64,000 bases of DNA from Pavona decussata (GCA_977016875.1 CDRNST010000233.1:5146001-5210000), one strand, 5' to 3'; shown: positions 11,801 to 26,100, counted from the first letter of the stretch. Notes: a model not told the origin generated them from the letters alone. Translations and numbers: made by a program.

Positions 11801-14800
11801 GACAGAGGCGCCACCATAGACAATGAAATTATTCTGAATTCTGTTGTAATAACATAGCTTTTGTATAAGAATCATACAATGTTCTCTGCTGTAAAATGAT
11901 TTTATAAGCATTATTCTAAAGCATAAACTTATTGATTTTTCTCAGGGAGGAGAGGTTGAGGCAGTACTTTGCTGTTCGTTACGACTCACGGCAAAATATA
12001 TTTGACTGGGACTACAATATGAAACTTTCAAAAAAGGTTAAATGTTCTGTCTTTTGTTTAGTTTAAATTTTTACTTCATGTGGCGTAGCCATGCTACAAC
12101 AGCCTGCTCCAGATTACTGTGGGCCCTTGACTGTATTTTCTGTATAACTCTGACACCTGTTATTGAGTATATTATTGGAAATGCAATTCTATGAACTGTA
12201 GTAAAATAAATTCAGGTAGAAGAGTGGCAAATCCTTATTAAAACATGCATAATAGATACATGTAATCTGTTTGGGCAGGCATTTGACTAGGTAAGCAGCA
12301 AAACCACAGTGAAGTCAATGATTCTCATCACCAGATTAATTGCATCTCATAACTAAAGGCATTCCCATTTGAATGAGTTTAAAATAGTGCTGAGAAAACA
12401 ATACATTATTGACACCTCCCAAGGCTCACTTGTTGTGTAAAATTCAACACCTCCGATCAGAAACTGCAATTTATTTATTGATCCTCATCTGAGAACTTCA
12501 GTATTATGTACAATTAAAAAAAAACAAAACAACAACAACAAAACAAACAAAAAAAGTACATAGCAACTCAATTTTTTTGTATTTTCACTAAAAATTGTGC
12601 AATATCTTAAGTTTTATTAACTCATTGACAGAGAACTAAATACCTAGAGCCAAAGTTTCTAATTTAATTTGAAAGTTACAAACTATTAAAGAATTTGAAA
12701 ACTATGTAAACAATAAGAAAAAATTGTTTGTTCATCTGGGACTTATTGGGAACCTCTTTTTTTTTTTTTTGCAGGCATCAATTATCAATAGTCAAGAGTA
12801 CAAAAGCTGGCGGGAGCAAGGCGTGGCCTTTGAACTGCGCAGTGACTCCACATACGAAGTAGCTAACAGAACTCTGGCCTCGGGTCTCATCATCAAAAGG
12901 GTAACAGACTGAGATCACTTGATCACACAAAATCATTGCTTTATAATATCTCATTTCCCCGTAAAACACAAGGCATCCCGTGAAGTGGGTTTTCACTAAA
13001 AAGGATTTAGTAGATTTTGGGTCTCTTATTTTTCTCAACAATAGTAAAGTAGTGAGCGAAACACATATTAAATCGTCTTCTCGCTAGAGGCAATTTCCAG
13101 GGCTCACTTTACCATGTCTGAGAAAAATAAGACTGTCCATACACTGTAGTTCAGGATGGAAGAGACCAGCACTGTTTGCAACAGCTCAATGAACAACAAA
13201 ACAGTCCGCTTAGATGCAAAAAACAATGAAGCTCTAGGTTATCAGGGTCCAGTGAAGATAGAGCTAAGAACGGTGCAGGCATACTGCCAGGTTGTTTTTG
13301 ACTAACATTATTAAATTCCTAGGCTTTCCTGGACTTGCACTTCGCAAGTTCGTACTTCCAATGCTTCATGTCTCCTCTGTGGATTTTAAAAGAAATCAAC
13401 TTACTTTTTTTCAGTTTTGGTAAATTATCGTGCTATCATTCCCAGCTAATGGTAATATGAACAGTTAAATGAGTTCTTCTGAATGTTGGTGCTGTATTGT
13501 GCAGTTCCAGAAAATATTCATGCTCCTTACACGGATTTTTTTTTTTGTTTTGTTATGCATGCCCACCCCCCCCCCCCCCCCCGTAGGAAATTTCAGTTTA
13601 GCTTCACGTTTGCTTCTAATATTTTGAGTTTTAAGACCCCCCTCCCCCTAGGAATTCCCAAGGACCTTCCATTGGGTGGGTATGGAATTTTTCTGGAACT
13701 GCACATTTTATTTTTTTAGGATGGCGAGCGGTTTGCAAGGCGCGGTTACTGGGGTGACATTATCAACAGTCCATACCTAGCATTTGGCACAGAAAGTGAA
13801 GAAGAATCACTTTTTAAAATGTCAAATGGGCAACATGTCAGAGTGAGTTTGTAGAATATTTTACTATTTTTAGAGTGGCTCTGGTTGCTTTACCGTTTTT
13901 CAAAAGGAAGTCCTTCTTTATAGGCCAATTCTGAGTTGTTTTGGCCTCACAACGTGAGCACTAGACTGCAAGCAGTCCCTTTCTGGATTGTTGAGAGGTC
14001 GCGCGAAATAGCCGAAATAGCTCCAGTCTCGCCATGCTGTGAGCGCACCCTCTCGACTAACCAGAAAGGGATTGCTAGCAGTCTACGACTGAGCACAGGT
14101 GTAGTACTTCTCAAGATGGAGGTGGTTGGTGATGGATATTTCGTAAAGAGCCACTATTCACCAACACTTGGGAGAATAATCATCATTTGATCATTTGCAC
14201 TAAGCCTTAGAAGATATTATAAATAAATTGTTTGTACCAAGGCTAATTTACAGGGAATTTTTCCTCTGCCGTTGCTGTAATGTGTGGAGTTTCATGTGAT
14301 CAAATCCTTTGCAATTCAGCCTTTAGGCAAAGGCAAATATGGATCCACATTCTGCAATGCAATGCATACTAAACCTGGTTTGGAGCGTTTTCAGTCTGAC
14401 TTTTTGGCCACGCCCCTTTTGCAGAGAACCCTTTAGTTACATTTTGTTTTTCAACCAGGGATTGTTTTATTAGAGTGTGTAGAATTATGTTTACGGCAAA
14501 CGGCAAAAGTAAGATTCGCGTTTATGTTTTCTTGAAAATATGAATACAAAGACGAGAATAGAGCAAAACAATTCTGGTATTTCATGCTAACACAAAGCTA
14601 CTCAATTTTGCTGAGAAACCGAAAAAAGCGAGCGGCAAATGAAGGATAAACATGGTGACGTGGTCACATGATTTCTGCCGTTTGCCGTAAGCATAACTCT
14701 AAATCTTTGCAAATATTGTGTTAATAATTTGTATCTGTTGTAATTGAGCAGATGTTGATTGTAATTACGTGTTTTCTTCTCTCAAGTCAAGGTTCTCTAG

Positions 14801-17800
14801 TTTCGTTCTTTCAAGAGTTTTTTCTTTCATATTTTTAGACATCAACCCATGTGTCGGAATACAATGTCACTGCGCTCATGCATGAATTAATGACGGGAGA
14901 AAAATACGTCCTGCCAAAGATTGACGAGAAAAAAGCAGCTAAGAAAGAGAAGGCGACTTTGCGAGAAGTCAAGGAAGAAGACGAGAAAGAGACAGAGGAA
15001 AAAGAAAAGAAGAAAAAGGAAAATATAGCTAAAGATTCTGGGCCACAAACGCAAGGTAACACAAACGAATTGAGACTTTCACTGCACAGTAAACTCACTT
15101 TTTTGAAAAAGCCCATTGAAAGCTGTTTGTTGTTTTTGTGGGTTTTTGCAACTGTTATTGTTTTGTTTTTTAAATTTTTTGTATTCAAAATGTAGCGGAA
15201 ATAGAGAACCTAAATTAATTGTATCCATAAGGATGCACAGGTAAAGACAAAATGAGAAACAAGATCGTTAAAAACGACCAACCAACCAAAACAAACAAAC
15301 AAACACAGCAACAGAGCAACTACAGTCGAACCTCCACTAACGGCCACCTCTCCACAACGGCCACCTCTCTATAACGGCCACATTTTTTTCTCCCGGCGGA
15401 CACTCCATACATTAGCTCTTGTTTAAACCTCTCTACAACGGCCACCTCTCTACAACGGCAACGGCCACTAAAGTGCGCCGCCAACTGCCAAAATAACCTC
15501 TCGATAACGGCCAGTATGTAGTACTTTTTTGTAAAAACTTTTTTTTTTATAAACTGATGCAGTAATCGACATTTGTCTTCGGAACATTACGTTTCTGTAT
15601 CCGTTTTAATGATATACGTATTTTGACTGTGTTCCATTTATATGCTGCAGTAAGCATAAATTGTCTACAATAATATAGCGAATGTTGCGAACCTCGCTCG
15701 TTTCGTCTTGTTAACATTTTGTTTCAAAACATTATTTACGTTTTATTGTGTATTTTATCTATTACATTATTTAAGATTGGATTCGTATTATTATAGGCCA
15801 CAGTAAGCACGAACTTGGCACAATAAACATGTTGTACTTCCCGAAAATAAAAATGTGTCATATTACACCCCTACCTCCCCATAACGGCCACCTCTCCACA
15901 ACGGCCACTTTCTTCTGTCCCCAAGGTGGCCGTTGTGGAGAGGTTCAACTGTATGTTTTTACGATGTAATCTGAAAGGCAAAATTTTTTTCACTTTAATC
16001 CACTCTTAAATTCTTTCACTTGCGCATTCCTCTCTTTCAACTCTTTTTATCGCGACTATGCAACAGGTCGAGATCCTCCCTTCTGTCAGAGAGAATGATG
16101 GGATTTTATACCAGACAAAAACGACTGGGGAGGGGGGGCGGGGGGGTTGGTGGACGGGTACGCTGCGCCGGTGGAAATCATTATAGAGTAACCGCGTCCA
16201 AAGCACTTTCTGCAGAAGGCCTGGTCAGTAAGACATGAACTTGTTTTATTTTGCAGGTTATATGAAGTGTGAGGGCATCAAAGTTCATTTTCTTCCTATA
16301 AATTGTGTTCCTGATCTTTCCAAGAAAAGCAAATACAACAAACTCTTTGATGTAATTTACTTTTCAAACAGGTATGTGATCACGTGTGTTGTCATAGTGA
16401 TGGGGCATGGCGGAATGTTTTTTTTTTGAGGGATGCTTATAAGGCTAAAAAAACGGAATCATAAAGTGATAACTGCAAAATCTCTTAATTCAAAATGGCG
16501 CGTGTGCATTTCAGAGACCACTTCTCAATAATTAGTTCTGTATTTTATTGAATCGAAATTGCCAAAAGCGAACTCATACTTTTTCGATATGATTAATTTA
16601 ATGAACTGTTTTATTATGCTCTCTGCTTGCGTTTTTCAGTATGGTTCATTTATTGACTCCTGAGGTGAAGGAGATCTTTGCTGATGAAGCCATCGTGATT
16701 GCTGAAACAACGAAGTAAGATTATATTCAGCCTCCTTAACTGGTATATCTTTAGCCGAGCACGAACCACGAGACATCGCGGGAGACACGAACGTGAAACG
16801 CGAGACATCGCGCCCGATCACGAAGCGGGAGACACGAACGCCAGGCGAGAGGGAAAGAAATAATATTTTCCTCTCGCCTGGCGCTCCTCACTTCCTCTCG
16901 CGCTTCAATCTTGATGTCTCGCGTTTCAAGCTTGGCTAAATAAACGCCTGTTATACAGACGAATTGTGTTCTATGATTAAAATAACTAGACACTGTAGTT
17001 TCGTGCGAGTTAGGTCTGCATACGAACAAGCACTTTCTCATAGCAAAAGGCCTCAGCCTCGCCCATTCTGGCTGGATTTCAACAGTCGGAACGTTTATCA
17101 CTACTGCAAGGTTCTGACAAAATATAAACACTGTTTCAGAGATTCTCCCGTCGTTGTTGACTGTTTGAATTTTTAGGTCTCTGCCCTTTACCAATTTTTC
17201 TGATTTAATGGGTGCGTTCGATTGACCCTATTCCGGAATAGGAATACATATAACGATGACAAGAAATCCCTCATATGAGGTTTCAGGAATTACTGGAGTA
17301 TAAGACGGCTCTTAAATGATCTTGCGTCAGTGAACGTTTGTAGAAATGTCTTCCCAAATTACTTAAAAAAGAGAAATCTAACAGCTATTCCGCTTATTCT
17401 TATTCCTAAAACTTATGCCAGGTTACTCGCTTTTCATTAAGCTAATGGTCGAAAAATACGCGAGTCAAGTTATAGAATTCTGTTTTTGAACCAAATCCGG
17501 CACGACTGTTGTGTAATTTTGTGTACTATACTTTGTTTTTTTCAGGTTCATGTTGGATCTCAGACCTGAACAAATGCAAGAATATCTGAAAAAGATAATT
17601 TCTATGGCTCAGAGTGCAGACTGCAAGGTTTGTTTACATTGGAGCAGAAAAACTATCAGCACTGTTTCTTAATTCACAGACTCATTTCTCCACTTGACTT
17701 TATTTACTTATATTTGCCTTGATTTCTGATTGGCTCTGTGTGTCCTAGTTTAATGGCCTTAGCTCCCACGAGTTTCCTGTAGCTCAGTGGTAGAGCACCT

Positions 17801-18323
17801 GAACTAGTAATCAGAAGGTCTTAGGTTCGACTCCTGATAGGGGCACTCGGATTTCCTTTTTCCGAGGTTGCCTGTGTCACTCACTGAATAATACACCATT
17901 TTCATTCTGTGTCCTTCATGTTCTTGTGATAGGTTAGAAGGATTCCTCTGGTTTTAGTTTAACGGCACTTAATTGAAAACCGCGCTGTAAGCTTCAATTG
18001 CAAAAAAGTATTCACTTGTTTAAGTGCTTAAGGCGGCAACCCATATATAACAGTTGACCTTGAGATAGTTTGAATTATAAAAGCCACTGGAGTCCTGCTT
18101 CTACCTGACTGAGACAAGAACGATAAAATGTCATGTTCCTGAACGAAACTCTGATCCAATGTGATTGTAAGATCAGGGAAGGTACCAGCTGCACATGTTA
18201 CGCGAAAACTCTGAAGATTTGTATGTACAAAAACCCTCTGCACGCATTGCGTGCCTTTTTTTTTTTCTGTTGCAGACGGATGGAGAGAAAGATGCCCATG
18301 CTATCTTCACTTTCCAAAGATAA
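8251..18323 (+). CDS. DNAAF3: Dynein axonemal assembly factor 3 (PF22 homolog), 15 exons, ~478 aa
   Basis: Exons 8251-8323, 9052-9108, 9298-9392, 9784-9877, 10468-10561, 10786-10849, 11697-11779, 11946-12036, 12775-12900, 13720-13842, 14839-15055, 16257-16371, 16640-16714, 17546-17627, 18276-18323. All GT-AG and phase-consistent (1437 nt). Diagnostic motifs GFGAITWWGFSPALDL, GAGDCRHILKT, FKERDQLE, RYDSRQNIFDWDY, WREQGVAFELR...NRTLASG and RGYWGDI match human DNAAF3 as I recall it. The last exon is less certain. Confidence 0.93.
8716..8804. repeat. (CAT)n microsatellite
   Basis: Long catcatcat run with one cgctat interruption, in DNAAF3 intron 1. Confidence 0.95.
11190..11625 (-). mobile_element. 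5'-truncated, degenerate L2/CR1-group LINE 3' end
   Basis: The minus strand reads approximately ...CPHYNRATEGGRTFLVQAVRTWNSLPAFLK...SLKSFK, the typical RT C-terminal tail (WNSLP motif), with frameshifts. An AT-rich 3' UTR follows. Confidence 0.65.
13498..13705. mobile_element. MITE with TIR tgtgcagttccagaaaa
   Basis: tgtgcagttccagaaaat ... atttttctggaactgcaca inverted termini, with internal poly-C tracts. Confidence 0.75.
13962..14086. mobile_element. Short hairpin element (TAG...CTA termini)
   Basis: tagactgcaagcagtccctttctgg ... ccagaaagggattgctagcagtcta, an imperfect inverted repeat. Confidence 0.65.
14481..14700. mobile_element. Palindromic MITE-like element
   Basis: agaattatgtttacggcaaacggca ... 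tgccgtttgccgtaagcataactct inverted termini. Confidence 0.7.
15323..15951. mobile_element. Tc1/mariner (pogo/Tigger-type) MITE
   Basis: TA|cagtcgaacctccac ... gaggttcaactg|TA, giving a TA target duplication and CAGT-type TIR. Internal direct repeats acggccacctctc occur at both ends. Confidence 0.85.
17774..17904 (+). mobile_element. tRNA-derived SINE or tRNA pseudogene in the last DNAAF3 intron
   Basis: A-box TAGCTCAGTGG and B-box GGTTCGACTCC are present, but the anticodon stem is imperfect. The head runs into a non-tRNA tail (ctcggatttccttttccgag hairpin). Confidence 0.7.
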
Positions 18324-19046
18324 CACTGGCTCCAAGACTGCGTGACCAAACGACTGATTTTTGTCGTTGCGTGACTCTTTCGTGTCATAATACTCTTCCT
18401 TCAGTTCAGCGTGTGGAGTATTTACTTACCTAACGGCTGTGTCATCAGTTTCTGAATGGCGCTTCCAATGAGCGTTGTGTATATAGTACAAACATTACCT
18501 CTTGACCTTTCACTTCGTAATGCAGTGAAAATACTATTTACGATCTTGTAGCATAGCAGCTTGTGACACATACAATGTCACGCAAGGACGAGTAGATAAC
18601 AATTTTTATTTTAAAATGACGAGAAACCTATTTTGCTTTTTCGATCGCGTTTATTCGAAAATGAAGATTTAAAAAAACGATTTTTTTGTCCACGCGCATC
18701 TGTTTTCATTTGTTTTGCTGTCCACGAAAACGATTAAAAACCGTAGCTAACGATAGTTTTTATTGATTTCCGTCGACGATGGTGTGTCATTGTTTTCCAT
18801 TAGTTTCTTCCATCCACACGCAAACGATAAATCATTGATCAATCTCTACTTTGGGGATAGTGCGGTGCTTTTTTAAAATCTCTGTTTTAGGAGTGTTTTG
18901 GTCCGTAGACGTGTCAACGGAAGGCCCAACGGGGTAAAAATGTCTCTGTTTTCAAATAAAAACGATCGAAACGGATTTGTGTGCAGGAGCCCTAGTTTTT
19001 CGTCCAGCCCAACGATTCGGTGAAATATCCGTTCGTTAAGACATAA

Positions 19047-19362
19047 CCCGGGGGGGGGGGGGGGGGGCGGTATTACAAAAAAAATTGGGTAGGGTTGTGC
19101 GGCCCTCTTCCCAAAACCCTTACCCTATTTATGACCAAAATCTACGATTTTCCCTACCCTATTTATGACCTGAGGTAGCTTCTGCTAAAAAAAATCTAAC
19201 CCAGGACTAGAGTGCAAAAATCTATACCCTATTTATTACCCAAATGGCGGCAAAATGGCTAAAAGCGATACCCTATTTATGACCAAAACAGCCGAAAAAC
19301 CATACCCTTTGGCGCCGCACATACCTATATAGCCCATATAAGGGAGTACCCCCCCGCCCGGG
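19047..19362. mobile_element. MITE with CCCGGG/poly-G termini and 7-8 bp TSD
   Basis: gacataa|cccggggggg ... cccccgcccggg|gacataa. The internal motif accctatttatgacc is repeated. Confidence 0.8.
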
Positions 19363-20170
19363 GACATAACCCAACTCAGAAATTCGGATTACATTGTGAA
19401 GCCAGGTCTACCTAATAATAGTCCAAAATAATTTCCGGTATCATCATTATACTCATATTTATTTCATGTGTTTAAACGTTTTCATCAGGGTCTTAACTCT
19501 GGTATTAATTTAAAAAGAGCCTTTCCTACCATTACTGTCAATTCGTCTTGTAATTCTGTTACCTCTCCCCAGTCTTCACTCGGTTATTGGGGCACGCGTG
19601 GCTGCTTGGCGCGGGTTTTTGTTTTGGAAAAAAACAAATTTTCCTAGAAAAATGCTACTAAAATTCTCGAATGATGCGGCTTTTACCTCACTAAAATTCT
19701 CCGCTTTTGGCATATTTTTGCGATACTTTCTCCTTGAGACCAGACAAATTTCCCGTCTAAGCTGTTTATCTGTAATATGAATTCTGTAAATGTGAATTTC
19801 AAGCGCGACAACGCAATATATGATATTCTGCCTAAAATAATTTCTCGGTTCTTGGTTTTAAATGACAGCAGCAATTTGATCAATCCGGGATTTTTTGTGT
19901 AACGTAGCAAGATTAAAGCCGTATTTTTCTCTTTCTTTCGTTGAATTTCGCCGACGCCGTGCATTCTAGAATAAAATGAAAACTGTTTTGTCTTCAGTCG
20001 GCTATCCGCGCGCAAATCTTTCAATTCGTCACTAATTCTTCATTATGACGTTACTCGCAAATCTTAGTTTGGAAAATAGTTTCAAGGATAAACTTCATTC
20101 CCAATGATTCTAATATTGTAAAAGGAAAATGTAGCGAGGTGAAGAAAACCGTTTTGGCGCTGCTTTCAAG

Positions 20171-23100
20171 ATGGACGCAATGGAATTCATGTTTTCCCTT
20201 GCAAGGGAAGACAGTTCAAACGTGTTGGAATTTAAACCAGAATGTATCATGAAGGAAGATTTGATGAGTTTAAGCAGCAAGTTCCCACTCATTCCTGGTT
20301 CACAACGATCGATTACTTTCTGCACAACACCACTCTCGCAAAAGGTTAGTAAGAAAAGCCATTTTGGCGCGAAATAGCCATCCACGTTGAATTGGAAAAT
20401 ACAATTTTAAAATGTGAAATTTACGAAAAATGTTCAATTAATTTCTTAAATCTAAATTTCAACTCTGTGTGCCCAAACTATCAAATTTTAGCACTATATC
20501 AGCGTTAGGAAGTCATTCAGTCCGGCCTGACGTTATTTTAAATATTTTTTTCTGTAATTTCTTCACGGGTTGCCAAGTTTGTAGATGACATGAAACTCGA
20601 TTTCCCGCAGTTCAGTAAATTTAAGCTTACGTTCGGCTGAAAATATCTCAACATAATTTTTTTTACCAGAAATCTTAAATAAACGTCAAATGCTGTTTTA
20701 TGAACAGACCTGCTTAAAAATGCCCCCATAAGTTTCGAAACAAGTTATATCTTACTCGTAATAATCTAATAGCGCATGACTTATATTGCGAACGGTTTTT
20801 TTTTAAAAGATTTTTAGGCGTCGGAGATTTATTTTCAAGGGTAAAATAAGCCGAAGAACTTCTCACTGTATTAATTTAATTCAAAAAATTTTCGTTTTTA
20901 TTCCAGTTGCGGGAGATGCCTCCGGATGCTGATTTTGATCTGACGGATCCTTACAGCGCTCCACCGCGGTACAACGTGCTACATGACCCCCACTTGAAGG
21001 AATACTTTCAGAATTCGGCCATGAGAAGAAGACTTGTTGAAAAAGGTGGGTTACTGGGACGATTTATTAAAAGTCATTTAGAGCATTCGGCTGTTCTTCA
21101 AAATGTCCGCGTATAAAGGAAACAGGGCCATTTATACCAAAATTGAAGAGCGGTTTGCATTCGAGCGTCTTAAAACCAACACCAAAGTATTTTATTGCGT
21201 TGACCAGTTACAACAGATTGGCTAAATCACGCAATGAGCAAAATTAGCTAGGCGCGGTTGTTCCTTCGAAAGCAGATTAACGCTAATCCGCAATTAAAAA
21301 TTAACCGAGGTTTGCAACTCGCTCGTCAAAAATGGTTTTGAAAGCTAACTTTAGCTTTTGGTAAACTTTATTTAGCGCAGAGCACTAACCAGATCGAATT
21401 GAAATTTGGAAATGTTGGTTTTTGAGGAGAGGGGAAAAAAACCGGAGTGCTCGGAGTAAGGACGAGCCTCATTGTTGAATGCTTAGCCAACCTGTTGTTC
21501 GGAACAACAACCAACAAAGTCAACTCACATATGACGTCGAGTCAGGGAATTGAACCCGGGCCACATTGGTGAGAGGCGAGTACTCCCACCACTGCACTGT
21601 CCCGAGCCCGAAATCACAGAACAACTAAAATAAAGGCGAAAATGTCTTTATTACTTTACTTTCGACACTCACTTGAAAACCGCTCAGAAGTCGTGACTTA
21701 CCTTTCTTTCAGACAATTTGCTGGTTATGAATGGGTGAAAACTTGTTGGTCGTTTGGATGAATGGCGTGTTTTCACGCAGGAACAAATTTCCCCTCGTTG
21801 TTAAATGCATATGCATTGTGTGCGCTATCGGAGAAACGTTTTGAAATGCAGTGAAATGTAGTTGATGTTTTCGCAGCAGTTTAATTTGCTCATGGCCTTG
21901 TTGGCCGGCACCGCACTTATAAGCGCCATCAATGTTAAAGCGAAAAGAAACAGGTTTTCTCTGGGATAGCAAGAGAGAAAACAAATCAACTGAAAATGGA
22001 AGATGCCAACAGAACAAGACCGAAGCGTTTTCATGCCAGAACCTGTATACTGACGTTAGCCCGCCAATGTTGTTATTTAAAGGTTTTATCACACCTTCTG
22101 GCTTTGTCAAATGTACGCTTCTCGAATTCAACATGTTTCGGCAATGGATAAGGAAACTAAAGCTTGATCGCATACACCAGGAGGGGCGGAGACAACGCCA
22201 GATCGAGAAACAACAATGGAAGGAAAGGCTGGCCCGTGAACAACTGTTACGAGACGAGGAGCTTTACAGTATCGTGCGCGAAAGAGAGCAGAAAGCAAGG
22301 GAATTGATAGAACGTGGGAAGAAGCGGAGGGAAGCAGATCGACGAAAATATATCAAACTAGAAGAGACTGACAGAAAAAGACGGGAGAAACATCAACAGA
22401 ATATGAAAAGGCAAAAGGACATGAACGAGAGCAAAAGGGAGAAGGATCTTGCGAAGAAACAGGCGCAAAAAATTGAAGAGGACGAAACGGTTTGTAATAG
22501 ATCTGTAATGTAGGGTGAACCAGTTTGAAGTATACGCGTGTAGCTGATGCTTTTACCTGGGCGAAGGACATCTTGTTTTCTCATTTTTTTTAAAGTTTTA
22601 AGGTAAGGTCTTTGCACGGTCAAATGCGGAAACAATTCCCATTAGATGTAAGTTAAAAAAAAAAAACGTTTTAGGTTAGCGTTACCACTGACTAATGCTG
22701 ACGATGAAGTTTCATTCACGTGGAAGTTATAAAACCATTGGAGAAGGTAGCCATTTTCTTAATTAAAAATGTTATAATTCCTTCGAATTCCTAACCCGCC
22801 CCATTTTTCTATAAGGGACTGGTTGGTTTCATATCCATGGGCATTTTAACGCTATCTCCCCAGAACGTTTTTTTTTGGATAACTTCTCTTTCTTAAAAGA
22901 TAAAGAAGAAGACAGAAGCCTGGCTTACACTTAAGTTACATCAAGTAATTGAGTTACTTTATTTGTGCCAACTAAAACTGAAATGGTCTCTAATTTTCTT
23001 GGAAAACCGTAACGCTCGATTGAAGGCTGCTAAATGCACTGATAAATATGGCGCAGTTCTTTACCGTCAACGTTGTCTAATAGGAAGGAAGAAAATTTAT

Positions 23101-26100
23101 TTTTTTTAAAAGAGCCTCGTAAAAAACATCCATACCACTAACTACTGTATGCTGATTTTTTTGCAGGTAAAGAAAATTAAAATCCGTCTCCTTGTCAAAC
23201 GAGGTTCACAGGACAAACATCGGGAGGCCCAGTTACAGAAGAGAAGACAATCACTACTCGAGGAAAAAGAAAAGAAGGTACATCATTTTTTTTTACTCTT
23301 AGCTTGTTCTCTCGTTCCGTGTCCTGTGCCAGGGACTTCCCTCTTCCCGGCTTCTGTTTTCCCACTGTTTCAGTCTTTTCGCGTTCTCTCTCCTTGTATC
23401 CCTCGATTCTGCTTTCTAGAGAAAATAGGGAGCTTAAGCAAAGACGACGGCTACGGCAGCGAAAACGTCACTATTAAAATGAATTCGCGTCTTTTTAAAC
23501 GTGGTCGCGATTATTCCATCTTGCTTTAAATGTCAAATGTAGGTGAAATTTCCTGGAGTTAAATTCTTGGAGACCACACCCAAGTTTAAAAAGAGAAAGA
23601 AAAATGCGTCGTCATGTGTTTACGTCCTCCATAAAACGTCCCATCAGGAAATTTCACGTCGTAGTCGTGCAGTGATGGCAAAGAAATGTACCATAAAATG
23701 TAATGCACATACAGAGTTGTTGTTTTTCTTATTAAGCCTAGTACTTTTTCTGACGTTCTCGTTGCCGTCGCCGTCGTCGTTGCTAAAGCTCCCTATTGAC
23801 AAAGAATGCACTGTGATGGTTTTCGTCTTTTCCCCAAACGATCCCACACTCCCACAATCCCTCATAGGTAGTAGTGTCCTCGCAGTTTCTCAGTGGAGTG
23901 GGGAGTGTACTCGCACCCCTACCCTTGCAGTAGAGCGTCAATTACCGCCTCGTATTCAGCCATTTGGGATTTCTTGCCGGTGATCTTACGCTAAAGTTAC
24001 CCGTTACTTACAATGAAATGACTCCCAGCACGACAAACAACGAAACGTGAAAACAGCAAAAGAAAGTATTAAATTGTTGAGGAGTTGGCCTGAACCCAGG
24101 ATTCATCGGGTCATAAAATCATCATGTGTCAAACAAAAAATGTTCAAGGAACTTAAAGAGGCTATGTTACTTGACTTACGGTATATTGAAAGCAAAGGAA
24201 AGCCCTCAAAAATAGTCCAGTTTTGTCCAAAATTACCTCACTAGTAGCGGATGGCTTGGATGGAAATGTGCAGTCCTAATTCTTTCGATTTCTTCAGTCC
24301 TTTGTGCCTTGGACAAAATCGCTAGAAAGTATTCATGGTTCTTTTTTTCACCTAATATATTTCCAAACTCCGAAGTCGCTGTTTCTCACTCCCTCCTCTC
24401 ACAAGAGCGAGTAATCCCTGGTCATCTAAGAATGAAAGGTAGACTTTAGTTGGTTGCGTAAAGAGAAAATGTTTATTTACCAACTTCGTTGTTAGCTGAG
24501 AGAGAGCTGGAAGCGCCGCTGCTCTTTATCGCTGACTCGCCAAGAGGAAAAACGCAAGCAAGAGGAAGCGGAAAGAGAGGAGCACATCAGAAATGTGGCG
24601 CGAAGAACCTCTGTTGTGGAGCAACAGCGACGCAAGAGCCAAGGTAATAGATAGCACAATTTTCCTGTGATTATGACAGCCTCATTGTCATCTTTCCGTC
24701 TCTGTGTTTGTCACTTCATGTTTCGCTCTACTGTCCCCGGACCCCGTCCCCACCCCCTCATCAATTCACCTCCATCTTCCCCGGATGGGCTCGCTCTTTT
24801 ATCTTCTCATTTCCTTACAAATGCATAATCACTGAGCAGTTCAAGGCAAAAAGAAAATTCCGACTGATTTCCAGTGTAAATAATAGAATGATAGAGCAAC
24901 GACATTGCGCGGTCTTCTAACCAAAAGTCTGTAGCGAGCAATGAAGTTAAAAGTGAGACTTAGGAGATACACTCGACTCACACGCTTCGCGAGAATCCAG
25001 GCTTGCGCGATGTTCCACTTTCTGTGATTCGCGTGGCCCTCCGTAAATAGCCCATTCTTCAGTTGCCTCCAAAGTGAACTGGCCCTTTTGGTGGAGCGAA
25101 GATGGAGTTGGTATTGCCTTGATGCAAGCCTCAGTCCTGTTCATATGTAAATCCAAACCAACCAGCATAAGAACAACATGATCTTTACAAAAAAATCAGC
25201 GAGGTCTGTATCAAAATGTAGTCAGCTACAGCCTCGCTTCCACTCCAAGGCCAGGTCGCCAAGCGCACATCTGTAAAATGGGTTAGTCAAGAAAAGAAAC
25301 GACCGTTTTGCAGTCTTTTAAGATGAACGTCGATTACGCCAATCGTTCTGAAGTACTTTTCGTTCCTTGTGGTTGGATTTGCTTCAGCAACCTTATTGAT
25401 AAAAGTTTAATTCAGGATTTATGGCATCAGCGTGTTCGACCAGCGGACCCCGGGTGGAGAGAGACATTGCAGAGCGAATTTTGTTGTCTTTGTTGTTGCC
25501 ACAGCACGATGGAATACAAAATGACTCGAGGCTTCAAGTCAACAGTATGATCTTCCAAAACTTCATAAACCAAACCCCTTCTTTGACGTCTGAACCTTTT
25601 GGACCGAAATTATTAGGATTTCGACCGATTTTCATTCCTGTTTCTAGTGTACCATGACAGGTGCCTGCAAAGAAGACGAAATAACCTGGAGAAACAGCAT
25701 CAAGAGGCTGAACATTTCCTGGAAAAAATAAAAGAGAAGAAACTAAAGGACTTGGAGATTTGGAAACTGAAGCATGCGCGCATGCGTGAGAGGCACTTAC
25801 AACAGGTAAGCTGACAAGAATCTCTCTTGGGAGACAGTAGTCCTTTTGGGGCAGCCTCGCCTTCAGTCGTCCATGACGCGAGGTGCAACATGACGTCACC
25901 CGTTAAGATGATCGGGAAGACGATCACAGGACGCCCTCGCGATTAGGCCTGGGAATGAGGCTGTTTGGGGACTGAAAGTCAGGGGGCAATCAACGCTATC
26001 CACAATATCGTGGGCCCTGAAAGTGACAAAACTGTTGTTGCTTCATTCACATTCAGTGTCTTTCTGTTTCCTGGCCCTAAAATCACAGAAGGGCGTGTGA

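Noticed and set aside
17774-17846. Functional tRNA-Thr(AGT) gene
   Set aside because: A and B boxes are present, but the anticodon stem does not form a canonical 5-bp stem with 7-nt loop, and the sequence continues into a repeat-like tail. A tRNAscan-SE run would be decisive.
23543-23983. 146-aa ORF
   Set aside because: It largely overlaps a palindromic interspersed repeat within an intron and has no protein-family motif.
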